Of a DNA stretch of 64,000 nt, positions 1 through 9,708 are shown piece by piece (the stretch's first letter is position 1; the number at the start of each line of letters is the position of its first letter). The DNA is taken from IMG/VR virus record IMGVR_UViG_3300046373_000069, positions 29,610 to 93,609 of that record. One strand, written 5' to 3'. The notes under the pieces are model-generated. The model was not told the origin of the DNA and made no database searches. It worked only from the letters and a program-made list of their open reading frames with translations. Position numbers and translations under genes: made by a program. The DNA is from a virus.

Positions 1-563
1 GCCGCGCATGGGACTTCGCCTCTGAGGAAAAGACGAAGACAAACAATCCCGACTGGACTGCTGGCGTCCGAATGAGTCGTGACAAGTTTGGTATCTACTA
101 TGTCGAGGACGTTGTTAGGATTCAGGCCACAACAGACAAAGTGCTCAAAACCGTGGCGCAGACAGCACATGAGGACGGGGCGGCAGACTGTAGTGTTGTG
201 ATCCCTCTCGACCCCGGTGCAGCAGGAAAGTCCGCGGCTTTCTTCTACCGTACCACACTAGCCGAGAATGGCATCCCTTCAAAAATGGCACCGACTACAG
301 CGGGCAAAGGTAAGCTTACTCGCTTCCTTCCTTTCTGCTCAATGGCAGAAGCAGGGGCTGTCAGAGTTGTGCGTGGTGACTGGAACGACGCTTTCTTTAA
401 AGAACTAGAATCGTTCTCTGGCGATCTTAAGTTGCAGAAAACACAAAAGGATGACCAAGTTGATGCTTGCGCTGATGCTTTCACTTCATTGGCTAAACAG
501 GTAACAATCCCAACATTCTCATTGCCTACGTTCTCAGCCCCGTCACCCGTACCTACAATTTGA
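1..563 (+). CDS. terL: Terminase large subunit, C-terminal nuclease domain (5'-partial)
   Basis: Frame is open from position 3 (RAWDFASEEKTKTNNPDWTAGVRM...), with the late motif KDDQVDACADAF; lies directly upstream of the portal. Confidence 0.9.
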   Translation, partial: RAWDFASEEKTKTNNPDWTAGVRMSRDKFGIYYVEDVVRIQATTDKVLKTVAQTAHEDGAADCSVVIPLDPGAAGKSAAFFYRTTLAENGIPSKMAPTTAGKGKLTRFLPFCSMAEAGAVRVVRGDWNDAFFKELESFSGDLKLQKTQKDDQVDACADAFTSLAKQVTIPTFSLPTFSAPSPVPTI

Positions 564-584
564 AGTTCCTGGCAGAAATAGTTG

Positions 585-613
585 TTGACAAACAACCCTC
601 CGTATGCTATAAT
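585..613 (+). promoter_or_regulatory. Consensus sigma70 promoter for the head operon
   Basis: TTGACA(585-590)-17 bp-TATAAT(608-613) with extended -10 TG; palindrome GTTGTT-gaca-AACAAC (581-596) overlaps the -35. Confidence 0.85.
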
Positions 614-640
614 GCTCACATTAACTAAGGAATCAACCTA

Positions 641-2137
641 ATGGCTGAAGACTCCAAGACGCCAGAAGGCGCAACCTCCGCTGACGCAGGCGTTACAATC
701 CCCCGTTTGAAGCTCGGTGAAACTGGCTTCTCTGCGCTTAAAACGCGCAACGGGCAGATTATGGAAGAGGCCAACATCCAGTTCCAGATGCCTTATCTTG
801 CAAAAGTTATTGCGGATATGTCGTACTCCCCAGCGGTTTCGATCGGTCTTGGCGCTATTAACACCCTTATCAGCCGATCCCAAGTTGCTGTTGAGCCTGT
901 CACGGGCGAAACCGAAGTCGATAAAGTGCGTCGAGAGTATCTGCTTTCCGTACTGCACGACATGGAGAATTCCTTCCAGAGTACGCTCCAAAACATCGCC
1001 ACCTCTAAAGAGTGGGGTCATCAGGTTAGTGAGATTGTACTAGGCCGTCGTCTTTGGAGCAAGGGTTCCAAGCACAATGATGGCCTTATCCGTATCACGA
1101 AGCTTGCACATCGTCCACAAGCTACGCTAGTCAAGTGGAACTACGACGACACAGGCCGCAACCTAGTAAGCGTCAGCCAGAGCATCGCCAACGTTGAAAA
1201 CTCGTACCGCTTTGCCAAGCAAACTGACGAGAATGGTCTGATCGTTATTCCTCGGGAGAAGTTCCTCTTGTTCCGCTCGGATGCAACGTCCGACAACCCA
1301 CATGGGGTTTCATGCCTTCGCGCATGTTACCTCGCTTGGAAGCAGTTGACTCTGCTAGAAGAGCACATGTTGCGGGGTGTTGCTAAAGACACGTCAGGTA
1401 TTCCGTTCGCACAACTGCCCGTGAAGTTCTTAGACGCAGCAGCCACGCCAGAAGACAAGGCTGTTTATACCGCGACGAAGACCATCCTTGACAATATCTC
1501 TGATGGTACTGCCAAGAGCATTGTGTTCCCTATGATGAAGGACGACCAAGGCAACGATATGTTTTCCTTGGACCTGCTGGAACAGAAGGGTGGAAAAGCC
1601 TATGACCTTCCCGGCATCATCAGCCAGCTTCAGGCAAATATTTTATCAGTGCTCAGCGCGAACGCAATCACAATGGGTGCCGACAAGAGCGGTTCTATGT
1701 CGCTTCAGGACTCAGACACCAACATGCTAGCGCTCCGCGTAAGCTTCTTGTTGTCGCAGATTGCTGATACGTTGAACCAGTCGTTAGTTCCTTTGCTTTG
1801 GAAAATGAACGGGTGGGCCACAGATCGTCTCCCGAAGGTAAAGTTCAAGGACATTTCATCCGTCTCGTTGGAAGAGTTTAGCAAGGCAGTACAACGCTTG
1901 TCTTCAACAAACTGCATGGAAATGACTCGCGCAAATATGAACAAGATTAACGAAGTTATGGGTTTTGAGATCAGGCCAGATGATGAGCCGATCAACCCCG
2001 ACTTGTTCCCCGGCGTCATGGCAGCGATGTCTTCGATGTCTGGCGAGGGTCTTAAGAGTCCGGTTGGTGAGGGCACTCGAAAAGATGCCTTCGGTAACAA
2101 GGACGCTTCCACTCAGAACAACGACAACAAAGGATAA
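641..2137 (+). CDS. Portal protein
   Basis: 498 aa; follows terL; NPHGVSCLRACY motif typical of DUF935-like portals; RBS AAGGA. Confidence 0.85.
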   Translation: MAEDSKTPEGATSADAGVTIPRLKLGETGFSALKTRNGQIMEEANIQFQMPYLAKVIADMSYSPAVSIGLGAINTLISRSQVAVEPVTGETEVDKVRREYLLSVLHDMENSFQSTLQNIATSKEWGHQVSEIVLGRRLWSKGSKHNDGLIRITKLAHRPQATLVKWNYDDTGRNLVSVSQSIANVENSYRFAKQTDENGLIVIPREKFLLFRSDATSDNPHGVSCLRACYLAWKQLTLLEEHMLRGVAKDTSGIPFAQLPVKFLDAAATPEDKAVYTATKTILDNISDGTAKSIVFPMMKDDQGNDMFSLDLLEQKGGKAYDLPGIISQLQANILSVLSANAITMGADKSGSMSLQDSDTNMLALRVSFLLSQIADTLNQSLVPLLWKMNGWATDRLPKVKFKDISSVSLEEFSKAVQRLSSTNCMEMTRANMNKINEVMGFEIRPDDEPINPDLFPGVMAAMSSMSGEGLKSPVGEGTRKDAFGNKDASTQNNDNKG

Positions 2138-2140
2138 CAC

Positions 2141-3037
2141 TTGGCTTTTGTATATTGGGTACACCTCCCTGAGCAATCGGACTTTACTTCACAAGGCTAT
2201 GTAGGCGTAACTGCCAGCACTGTAAATCACCGCTTTGCTGCTCACTGTAAGCTGTCGCGCAAGGGTTCTGAAACACACTTTCACCGTGCCCTTCGTAAGT
2301 ACGGTATTGAATCTTTTGTTGTAGATACGTTGGTTGAGGGGAGTGTGGAGTATTGCTTCATGGTTGAGAACCAGTTGCGCCCATCCCCGAACCTTGGTCT
2401 TAACATGGCGATTGGTGGCACTATCTCTCCTATGATTGGGCGAGGCCATAGTGAGGCGACGAAGGGCAAGATATCTGAGAAGTCAAAGCTTCATAGGCAC
2501 TCCGACGAAGCCAAAGCTAAAATTGGCGATAAACACCGGGGTAAAAAGGTCTCTGACGCTACCAAGGCACTTCTTTCCAAGTGCAGGCTAGGTGTTCCAA
2601 TCACTGACGAGCACAAGGCAAATATCTCTAAGGCACAGATGGGCCGCCGAAATTCTCCAGAGGCCATCGCAAAAACCGCAGCAGGTCTCCGTGGAAAGCC
2701 AAAAACAGAGGCTCACAAGCAGGCTATGTCCGCCGCAAGAAAAGGTGTACCACTAAGCGAAGAGCACTGCAAACGCTTGTCTGAGCGTGCTATTGAAGCT
2801 GGGCCGTGGAACAACCCGAAGGCAAATAAAGAAGTTTGGCAGAACGCAAAAGACCTCTTCTACTTGTCGCAGATGTACTGTGTCCCGTACATCGAAAGAC
2901 TTACAGGATTTACCAAGTCAAACCTGACAAGTATTTCACGTAAATTTGAGGACGGCTGGGTTCCGGAAGAGGACTCAAAATACCTCGCGTGGCTCGAAGA
3001 ATACAACAAACAAAAGGAGTGTCCTAATGGCACATGA
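2141..3037 (+). mobile_element. Free-standing GIY-YIG homing endonuclease with NUMOD3 repeats
   Basis: FVYWV...GYVGVT...RF..H N-terminus and repeated HSEATKGKIS / HSDEAKAKIG motifs; TTG start. Confidence 0.85.
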
Positions 3038-3875
3038 ACTACAGCGCCTAGCGGCCTCTGCATGGGGTGTCCCCCACCTCATCACTCAAGAGGCATTGTC
3101 CCCCATACTCGAATATCTGTCAAGCCGTAACAACGGTGTTTCGCCAGTTTTCGCAGTTGTACAAGACTCCAAGCATGCCCCTAAGAAGGCCGAAAAGATT
3201 GGTGGCGTGGGTGAGATTTTGATTGATGGTGCCTTAACCGCGAAACCGATTAAAGCCGAATGCTCTCCAGAGGGCGTCAGTTATGCCAGCATCCTTAGCG
3301 AAGCTCGTGATCTTATCAAGATGGGTGTTGACACTATTGTGCTCACCCACTCTTCACCGGGCGGCGAGGCAATGCACGCATTTTCCTGTGCAGCAACTCT
3401 ACGGGCGATGTGTGACGAAGCTGGAGTTGAGCTTATTTCATACGTAGACACTTACAGCGCAAGTGCCAGCTACCTTATTGCTTGTGTTGCGGATATGGTT
3501 GTTATGCACCCTGAAGCTAAAGTCGGCTCCATTGGGTGTGTGTGTGCAGTAGCTGATTCAAGCAAAGCTCTCGACATGGCAGGCGTGAAAATCCATTACA
3601 TTGCCAGCACTCCCGGCAAGACCCCATTCAAAAACGATGGAAGTTTTTCCGACAAGTTCCTCGAAGATATGCAGGCAGATGTTACCCGCTTAGGTAATAA
3701 CTTCGCCGCGCACGTTCAAACACATACAGGTATCTCCCTTAAGGAAATCGCTGACATGGACGCTAAGATGTTCCATGCAGATGAAGCCCTGCAAAATGGC
3801 CTAGCCAACGCAGTTATGGATCATACCGAATTTGCCAATTGGTTGGCTGACAAAAAGGGAAAGAAAAATGCTTAA
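3027..3875 (+). CDS. Prohead protease, S49/SppA family
   Basis: SSPGG, SASASYLIA and VGSIG motifs; likely ATG at 3027 after RBS AAGGAG. Confidence 0.88.
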   Translation: MAHELQRLAASAWGVPHLITQEALSPILEYLSSRNNGVSPVFAVVQDSKHAPKKAEKIGGVGEILIDGALTAKPIKAECSPEGVSYASILSEARDLIKMGVDTIVLTHSSPGGEAMHAFSCAATLRAMCDEAGVELISYVDTYSASASYLIACVADMVVMHPEAKVGSIGCVCAVADSSKALDMAGVKIHYIASTPGKTPFKNDGSFSDKFLEDMQADVTRLGNNFAAHVQTHTGISLKEIADMDAKMFHADEALQNGLANAVMDHTEFANWLADKKGKKNA

Positions 3876-4401
3876 AGAATATCTGAAAAAGGTTTTTAAC
3901 ACAGCTCCGGCTGATAACAATGAGGAAGTCACGCAAATGACTGAACAACTAGAGCAGACCATCCCGGCTGCTGATAACACGGCAGTAGCGGAGATGGTGG
4001 CTAAACTGGCTTCCCAAACCGAACAACTCGCAACCCTACAAGCAGAACTGGCATCGCTTGCGACCAAATACGCAGCAGCAGAAGCAGCCCTCGCAGCCTC
4101 CGCAGAAGCGCAATCCATGCTTGTCGCCCAAGCAGCCGCTACCAAGATGGAAGCTCGCACAGCCTCGCTGTCGGCAATCTTGGGCGATGTTAAAGGTGTT
4201 GAGACGGCCACCCTGCTGTCGTCGCTGGACGATGCTGCCTTTGAAGCTGTGCGCGCAAGCTATGCGGCTAATTTTGAAGCAGAGGCAAAGTCGGAGAAAT
4301 TCACCGAGATTGGCGTCAGCGCTGAAGCTGTTGCCCCTGTCGAAAAAGACGCAGCAGCCCGCCTCGCCGAGAGCTTTGCCAAGCAATTCGCACAGAAGTA
4401 A
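3868..4401 (+). CDS. Scaffolding protein
   Basis: Ala/Glu-rich coiled coil between the protease and capsid genes. Confidence 0.7.
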   Translation: MLKEYLKKVFNTAPADNNEEVTQMTEQLEQTIPAADNTAVAEMVAKLASQTEQLATLQAELASLATKYAAAEAALAASAEAQSMLVAQAAATKMEARTASLSAILGDVKGVETATLLSSLDDAAFEAVRASYAANFEAEAKSEKFTEIGVSAEAVAPVEKDAAARLAESFAKQFAQK

Positions 4402-4402
4402 C

Positions 4403-5185
4403 ATGCACAGTAAAAGCTGTGTTTATTGGATTAGAGCGCCGCACCATACAGACATCTTCACTGAAGGTTATGTTGGTGTGAGTGTTAAGGGCGCTACTAA
4501 GCGGTTCCGGGAACATAAGTGTGCTGCTAAAAGTGGTAGCGATCTCCCTGTCCACAACGCCATCAGGAAATACGGTAACGAAATCGTTATTGAGACTGTC
4601 CTGAACGGTGATCCAGAATACTGCTACCTGATGGAGGCCAAACTTAGGCCACACCCTCGTACTGGTTATAACGTATCCGCAGGCGGCGAGTCTACTAACC
4701 TTGGAAGTAAACATACCGTCGAAGCTAAGGCCAAGATGAGCGCTAAGTCTAAGGGCCGCTTCTGCTCTGAGGCCACTAGGAAGCTAATGTCTGAGCGAAG
4801 CAAAGGCAGACGACACACCGAAGAGACTAAAGAGGTGATGCGCCAGAAAGCTAAGGCTCGCGGTATGCCTGCCGAGGTCATCGCCAAAGCACGAGAGGTT
4901 GTGAAAAACATTCTTCCTTGGGATAGGTCGTCGGCAGATAAAAATATTTGGCTTGCCGCCGAGGAGATTTTCAAGTGCATGACAGACAATCCAGAGATGG
5001 GTACAAGATTGATGAGTCCCTTAGTAGGCTTCAGTTACAGTCAGCTTAGGGTTATTCATAAAAAGATTAAGGCAGGCTGGAATCCTTTAGAGGATACAGA
5101 ATGGCTTATTTTCAGCGGTAAGCTTTCACCAGATGCTTCTGGGGATAAGTCGCTTCAAAACGGCAATTCGCCAAATCAATATTAA
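4403..5185 (+). mobile_element. GIY-YIG/NUMOD3 homing endonuclease, paralog of 2141..3037
   Basis: CVYWI...GYVGVS...RFREH and HTVEAKAKMS / HTEETKEVM repeats; ATG 1 nt after the scaffold stop. Confidence 0.85.
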
Positions 5186-5202
5186 TATTTAAAGGAAATA
5201 GT

Positions 5203-5619
5203 ATGCCTATCGTAGCTACTGAAAGTATGCATTACTCGAACTTGGTCAAACGTGAGAACGGAGCTGAGTGGGGTCAATGCAAGAAAGTCGTCACCGTCAA
5301 TGGTCCAGCCGCCACCCTGCCAATCGGCACCGTGCTCGGCAAAGTTACCGCCACTGGTAAATATCAAGTTGTCGAAGCCACCGCTGTCGATGGCTCGCAA
5401 GTTGCTGCCGCAGTCGTCGTCGGCAATGCCTTTGGTCAGGCATCCACAACTGTCATGGCTGCTAACACTGACACTAAGTTCCTCGTCCTGTATCGCGGTA
5501 CTTGCGCTGTTTCGGATGCAGCTCTGTCGTTTGGTGCTTCGGTTGATACTCTCGCTGAAAAGCAAGCCGCATACGACCAACTCGCGGCAGTCGGTATCGA
5601 CGTTCTGACCACCATCTAA
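5203..5619 (+). CDS. Head decoration protein
   Basis: GTVLGKVTATGKY...DGSQVAAAV motif (lambda gpD-like); precedes the major capsid gene. Confidence 0.85.
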   Translation: MPIVATESMHYSNLVKRENGAEWGQCKKVVTVNGPAATLPIGTVLGKVTATGKYQVVEATAVDGSQVAAAVVVGNAFGQASTTVMAANTDTKFLVLYRGTCAVSDAALSFGASVDTLAEKQAAYDQLAAVGIDVLTTI

Positions 5620-5634
5620 TTCAAGGAAATAATA

Positions 5635-6669
5635 ATGCTTATCCGCAGCCCAATCAATAGCTTCGACACCGTTGACCTGACATCGGCAGTTCGTAATCTC
5701 CCTATTCAATACGGTACGTTCAACCAGCTGGGCATCTTCTCTGAAGAAGGCGTTGCTGGCGACACCGTGATGTTTGAAGAAACCACCCAAGACGGCGCTC
5801 TGATTGTTGACCGTGTTCGTGGTGAAAAGAATCTGGTTAGTAAGGATGGTAGCCGCAAGCTGCATACCTTCCCGATTCCCCACTTCCCACTGGACGACCA
5901 TATCTCGCCTAAAGACCTCGTTGCTAAGTCGGCCTACGACAACTTCAACGAAGTGGAACAACTGGATGCAGTGCGTCAGCGTAAACTGATCCGTATCCGT
6001 CAGAACCACGATTGGACGCTGAACAAAGCCCGCGCTCAAGCTCTGTTCTCGGGCACTGCTTACGCCCCAAGCGGCACTGTCAGCCAAGACTGGAACATTG
6101 AATTCGGTGTTACCCGTGTTGCTGTTGATTTGCTTCTGGGCAGCTCGACCAACGAAGTGCTGGCTCGTATCGAAGACATCATCGTTGCTGTGCAAAATGG
6201 TATGGGTGGCAATGGTGTGTTCACGGGTATTGTCATCCCTTGCGACACAGGTCTCTTCAATAAGCTGATCATTCACCCGTCGGTGAAAGCTGCGTATGCC
6301 TACGCCTCTCAGATGAACAGCGGCGTTGACCCAATGCGTGGCCGTCTGGCTCCGGGTGGCTCGCCGCTGCAACTGGGTCGTGAGTTCTACTTCGGTGGTG
6401 TCACCTTCCGCGAAGTGCGCGATAACTACAACGGTACGAAGATTGTCACCGCTAACGAAGGTGTTGCTGTGCCAACTGGCTCGGACATGTTCCGCACCTA
6501 CTTTGCTCCAGCAGAGCGTTTTGGTCTGGTGAACACGAACGGCGAAAAAATGTACGCGTTTGAAACTGCTGCTCAGAACGGCACCAAGATCGACATCGAG
6601 ACCGAGAGCAACTTCATCAACGCCCTGCTGCGCCCACAGTCGGTTGTTCGCGTGTTCAGCTCGAACTAA
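5635..6669 (+). CDS. Major capsid protein (capsid E-like)
   Basis: 344 aa; FPIPHFPLDDHI and C-terminal ETESNFINALLRP motifs; strong codon bias; followed by a terminator. Confidence 0.92.
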   Translation: MLIRSPINSFDTVDLTSAVRNLPIQYGTFNQLGIFSEEGVAGDTVMFEETTQDGALIVDRVRGEKNLVSKDGSRKLHTFPIPHFPLDDHISPKDLVAKSAYDNFNEVEQLDAVRQRKLIRIRQNHDWTLNKARAQALFSGTAYAPSGTVSQDWNIEFGVTRVAVDLLLGSSTNEVLARIEDIIVAVQNGMGGNGVFTGIVIPCDTGLFNKLIIHPSVKAAYAYASQMNSGVDPMRGRLAPGGSPLQLGREFYFGGVTFREVRDNYNGTKIVTANEGVAVPTGSDMFRTYFAPAERFGLVNTNGEKMYAFETAAQNGTKIDIETESNFINALLRPQSVVRVFSSN

Positions 6670-6717
6670 TAAGTTTAAGACTCCTCTAGAGCAATCTAGC
6701 CAGTCTCTTTAACTCTG

Positions 6718-6757
6718 CAACCTCCTTCCATCTAGTTTGGTGGGAGGTTGTTTTATT
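6718..6757 (+). terminator. Rho-independent terminator after the major capsid gene
   Basis: CAACCTCC...GGAGGTTG stem followed by TTTTATT. Confidence 0.75.
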
Positions 6758-6795
6758 AAGGGGATTTCACAGGTATTAACCAACAAGGACAACAA

Positions 6796-7758
6796 ATGGC
6801 AACCACAATAGCAAGCGTATGGGGTTTGAACGAGAAGGGCGAGATTGTAGCTACACCGGGCACTGGCAGCAATAACGTTGTAGGTTATGTTAATCAGGAT
6901 GGTGTTCCGCTTGACGAGAGTGGGAAGCTTGTTGTAGCGGGTCTTGGAGGGGTATCGAAGTACGTCCCGCACATCTCCCAGTATGAACGTGCCCTAGTTT
7001 TCCCACAAATCCGGCAAGCGAATGCAGTTAAAGGTTTTAGCCGGAATATCAATGATGCGCAATATGTGGGTGCAATTACTGACGCAGAAGTTTATGACAC
7101 TGAGATTGGGGCGTTATCCGTTGGTCAGGCTACCAGTAAAGCTCTAGCCTTCCCGTGGGGTAAGATGCTGTGGGACTTGGCAGCAGGCGAATCCCTACTG
7201 GTGCAAGCGCGCGTGAAAACTGTTGCAGCCACTACTAGCAGTAATGTCTTGTTTGGAAACTCGGACGCCACTTACGAAGGTTTCGGCTTGGTGCTTTACG
7301 GCCCAACGCACGCAACGCAAGCTGGGCGATTGCTGTTCAACTTCAAGGCGAACGGAACCGCAGCGCAGGCTATCCAGTCACAGCCAGTCGTAGTCTCGGG
7401 TGCGACCGTTGCGGGTCAAGTCCTGCCAACCGACACCTACCTGAATATCACACTCCACATCGACGGAGCCACGCGCAAGCTTGATGTGTGGACAAACTGC
7501 CAATCTAGTATCAACGCTGGGCAGGCACTGAATGCCGGAGGCACGATCCCGTCAACGAAACATAATTTTGGACTTGGATACATCCCAACCGACGATGGGT
7601 TTACAGCAACTACAGCTAAAGCTGCTAGGTTCCAAGCTTTCCGAATGGCAGTGCTCCCGGCTGGCTTGAAATTCATCAATCCCGGTTTGCTTGACTGGCA
7701 ATTTAACGTCAATCCGTACCGCCTCTTTAACGATACAGACTATGTGGGAGCCGTGTAA
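6796..7758 (+). CDS. Putative virion accessory protein, beta-sandwich (ConA/LamG-like)
   Basis: 320 aa, beta-rich pattern (LLVQARVK, FGLVLYG, NITLHIDG...LDVW); RBS AAGGA. Confidence 0.45.
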   Translation: MATTIASVWGLNEKGEIVATPGTGSNNVVGYVNQDGVPLDESGKLVVAGLGGVSKYVPHISQYERALVFPQIRQANAVKGFSRNINDAQYVGAITDAEVYDTEIGALSVGQATSKALAFPWGKMLWDLAAGESLLVQARVKTVAATTSSNVLFGNSDATYEGFGLVLYGPTHATQAGRLLFNFKANGTAAQAIQSQPVVVSGATVAGQVLPTDTYLNITLHIDGATRKLDVWTNCQSSINAGQALNAGGTIPSTKHNFGLGYIPTDDGFTATTAKAARFQAFRMAVLPAGLKFINPGLLDWQFNVNPYRLFNDTDYVGAV

Positions 7759-8549
7759 TGGCACAGCGTAAAATTGCACTTGTAATTGGATATGGACAAT
7801 CTAACGAGCGAGGTACTGGTGTAGCCCCTCGCCGCACTGCTGGCAGCGCCATCACTAACACTGACACCGCAAATAACGTGCGCCACACGTCTGTCTTTGG
7901 GCAAGCTAACGTTAGCCTTACCACCACTGCGCCTTATGTAGAGCCGTGCTCGATGTTTCAAAAACTCTCAGAGCATATTGCTCTTGAAACGGGCTGGTGC
8001 GTCGAAGTCGTCAACACGGCCAAGGGCGGAACTGCCGCCACAGACTCTTGGTGTGGGTGGGATACTGCCAATGGAAGAATTAAATCGCAAGGTGATGCTG
8101 GGTATGACCCTAGCGGGTATATTGCAGGATTTGTGAATGCTGTCAGTGCAGCAGTTGTACAGGGTTACGAGGTTTGGACTATCACAGCGGGCCATCAACA
8201 AGATATTGTGAACCTCAACCGGACGGCTGCACAAGTTATCCCGGCATCTGTACACATCCAACAAAGAGCACTGGCAGCAGGAGCCTCTAAGGTTATCGTG
8301 GGTAAAACTCCAAGGTGGATCGGTAGCCCGAAAGCTTCTGAGTGGGACGCAGGCGGTCTTATACACCAAATCGCAGACGGGGTAATCGCCAGTATTCCCG
8401 GAGCTATTGCAGGGGCCGATTTGTCCGGTAATGTAGACACCCAGCTCTGTGCAAATGATGACTTCCCTTATGTCCACCTAAACCATGCGGGCGTGTGTTG
8501 GGCTGCTGAAAAGTGGCTGAACGCCATCAAGGCCGCAAAACTGATCTAA
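7758..8549 (+). CDS. SGNH-family carbohydrate esterase
   Basis: Block I GYGQSNE, block II NTAKGGT, C-terminal D..YVHLN..G. Confidence 0.7.
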   Translation: MAQRKIALVIGYGQSNERGTGVAPRRTAGSAITNTDTANNVRHTSVFGQANVSLTTTAPYVEPCSMFQKLSEHIALETGWCVEVVNTAKGGTAATDSWCGWDTANGRIKSQGDAGYDPSGYIAGFVNAVSAAVVQGYEVWTITAGHQQDIVNLNRTAAQVIPASVHIQQRALAAGASKVIVGKTPRWIGSPKASEWDAGGLIHQIADGVIASIPGAIAGADLSGNVDTQLCANDDFPYVHLNHAGVCWAAEKWLNAIKAAKLI

Positions 8550-8886
8550 CAAAGCTGGCAGTATCTATATCTTAAAAGCGGAGTCGTGCGTTAAGGTAGG
8601 CATTACAAACAAAGAGTGTGAAAAGAGGGCCGCTGCGATAAGCAAGTCAGCAGAAGAAGCTTTTGAAGTGGTTGAGTCAGTCACGTTCCGAGACGGCAGT
8701 ATTCCCAGTAACGTTGAGCGTCAGATGCTAGCATATCTGCGGACTCGTTATAAGAACCCTTTAAAAGTATTTGACGGGTACACGGAGTGCTTTGAGGGGC
8801 TGACTGTTGATACTGCCCTTTCTCTTCTCTACGCAACATTAAAAGACATTAAAGGAAGCCATGACAATCATCGACCCGTCCACTAA
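8548..8886 (+). pseudogene. Start-less C-terminal nuclease domain of a homing endonuclease (family of 18284..19237)
   Basis: Frame from 8548 reads NKAGSIYILKAESCVKVGITNKECEKR...FDGYTECF, matching GRFYILSDGYTTKVGVTNKEPEYR...FDGATECF; in-frame TGA at 8542 and no start codon before the motif. Confidence 0.75.
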
Positions 8887-9307
8887 CCTTGGACGCCTCC
8901 GCCTAAAACTAGCTGACTGGGGAGACCTCGTGATCCTACCGGACAGTGTGTATGACCAAGTTATTACTGACACAGGCGGTAACTTGAACAAGGCCACTGC
9001 TATCCTCGGTAGCTACATCCTGGGAATCCTGTCACAGCGTACTCATCGTAAGCTGGCCCAACTCGAATCGTGGTCGAATGAGCAATTTGCACAGTACCTC
9101 ATTTACTTGGACAGGATTATCAAAGACCCTGCTTATTCGGATATCGCACCGATTCCGTACTCCGCAACTGGGGAGACTAGCCCTCTTATACAATTCCAAG
9201 AGACTTGGCGGCGGAATCATTATAGTGGCACAGAAACACAGCAGAGCAACTCCACAGCCTCCTACAGCCCAAATGACGGCTCTAAGTATGGCCCGTTTGG
9301 AGGTTGA
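8861..9307 (+). CDS. Head-tail adaptor
   Basis: IDPSTNLGRLRLKLAD motif; position after the capsid genes. Confidence 0.7.
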   Translation: MTIIDPSTNLGRLRLKLADWGDLVILPDSVYDQVITDTGGNLNKATAILGSYILGILSQRTHRKLAQLESWSNEQFAQYLIYLDRIIKDPAYSDIAPIPYSATGETSPLIQFQETWRRNHYSGTETQQSNSTASYSPNDGSKYGPFGG

Positions 9308-9705
9308 CGATGAATGAGTTCCATAGCGTTGTCTCGGAGTTCATGAGAGAAATGGGATTCGATTGCACCTTCATCAAGCAATCTCCAGGCATCCCTAATG
9401 ACGATGACGGGACAGTGACACCGCAAGAGGAAATAGTCCCTATCCGCGCTATCAAGATGGATGTGTTTGGGAATATGGCAGGCTCTCGCACAAAGATGAG
9501 CACTCTTATTCAAGAAGCTGATCAAGTGTTGTATGTGCAGCCTAACGAGGCTCTTACACAAATGAGCGAGAGTGTCGGAGAAGCATTCGATCCTGCAAGC
9601 GACCGCGTAGAAATTAAAGGGGTTAGCTGGAAAGTGTTGGCCTTGAAAGAATATGATCCGAGCGCGTCAAATTGCGTTCTGTACGAACTGTATATTAAAA
9701 GGTAA
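9304..9705 (+). CDS. Head closure/stopper protein
   Basis: 133 aa ending LYELYIKR; follows the adaptor. Confidence 0.65.
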   Translation: MTMNEFHSVVSEFMREMGFDCTFIKQSPGIPNDDDGTVTPQEEIVPIRAIKMDVFGNMAGSRTKMSTLIQEADQVLYVQPNEALTQMSESVGEAFDPASDRVEIKGVSWKVLALKEYDPSASNCVLYELYIKR

Positions 9706-9708
9706 GCT

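Noticed and set aside
4058-4402. In-frame upstream extension of the second GIY-YIG ORF, suggesting a scaffold-nuclease fusion
   Set aside because: Low-complexity Q/P shadow of Ala-rich scaffold codons; ATG 4403 explains the gene and no slippery site was seen
4383-5171. GCAATTCGC repeated at the scaffold 3' end and the nuclease 3' end as a target-site duplication
   Set aside because: Only 9 bp with weak flanking similarity; could be chance
5182-6372. 396-aa antisense ORF over the decoration and capsid genes
   Set aside because: Shadow of strong codon bias; no RBS or recognisable motifs
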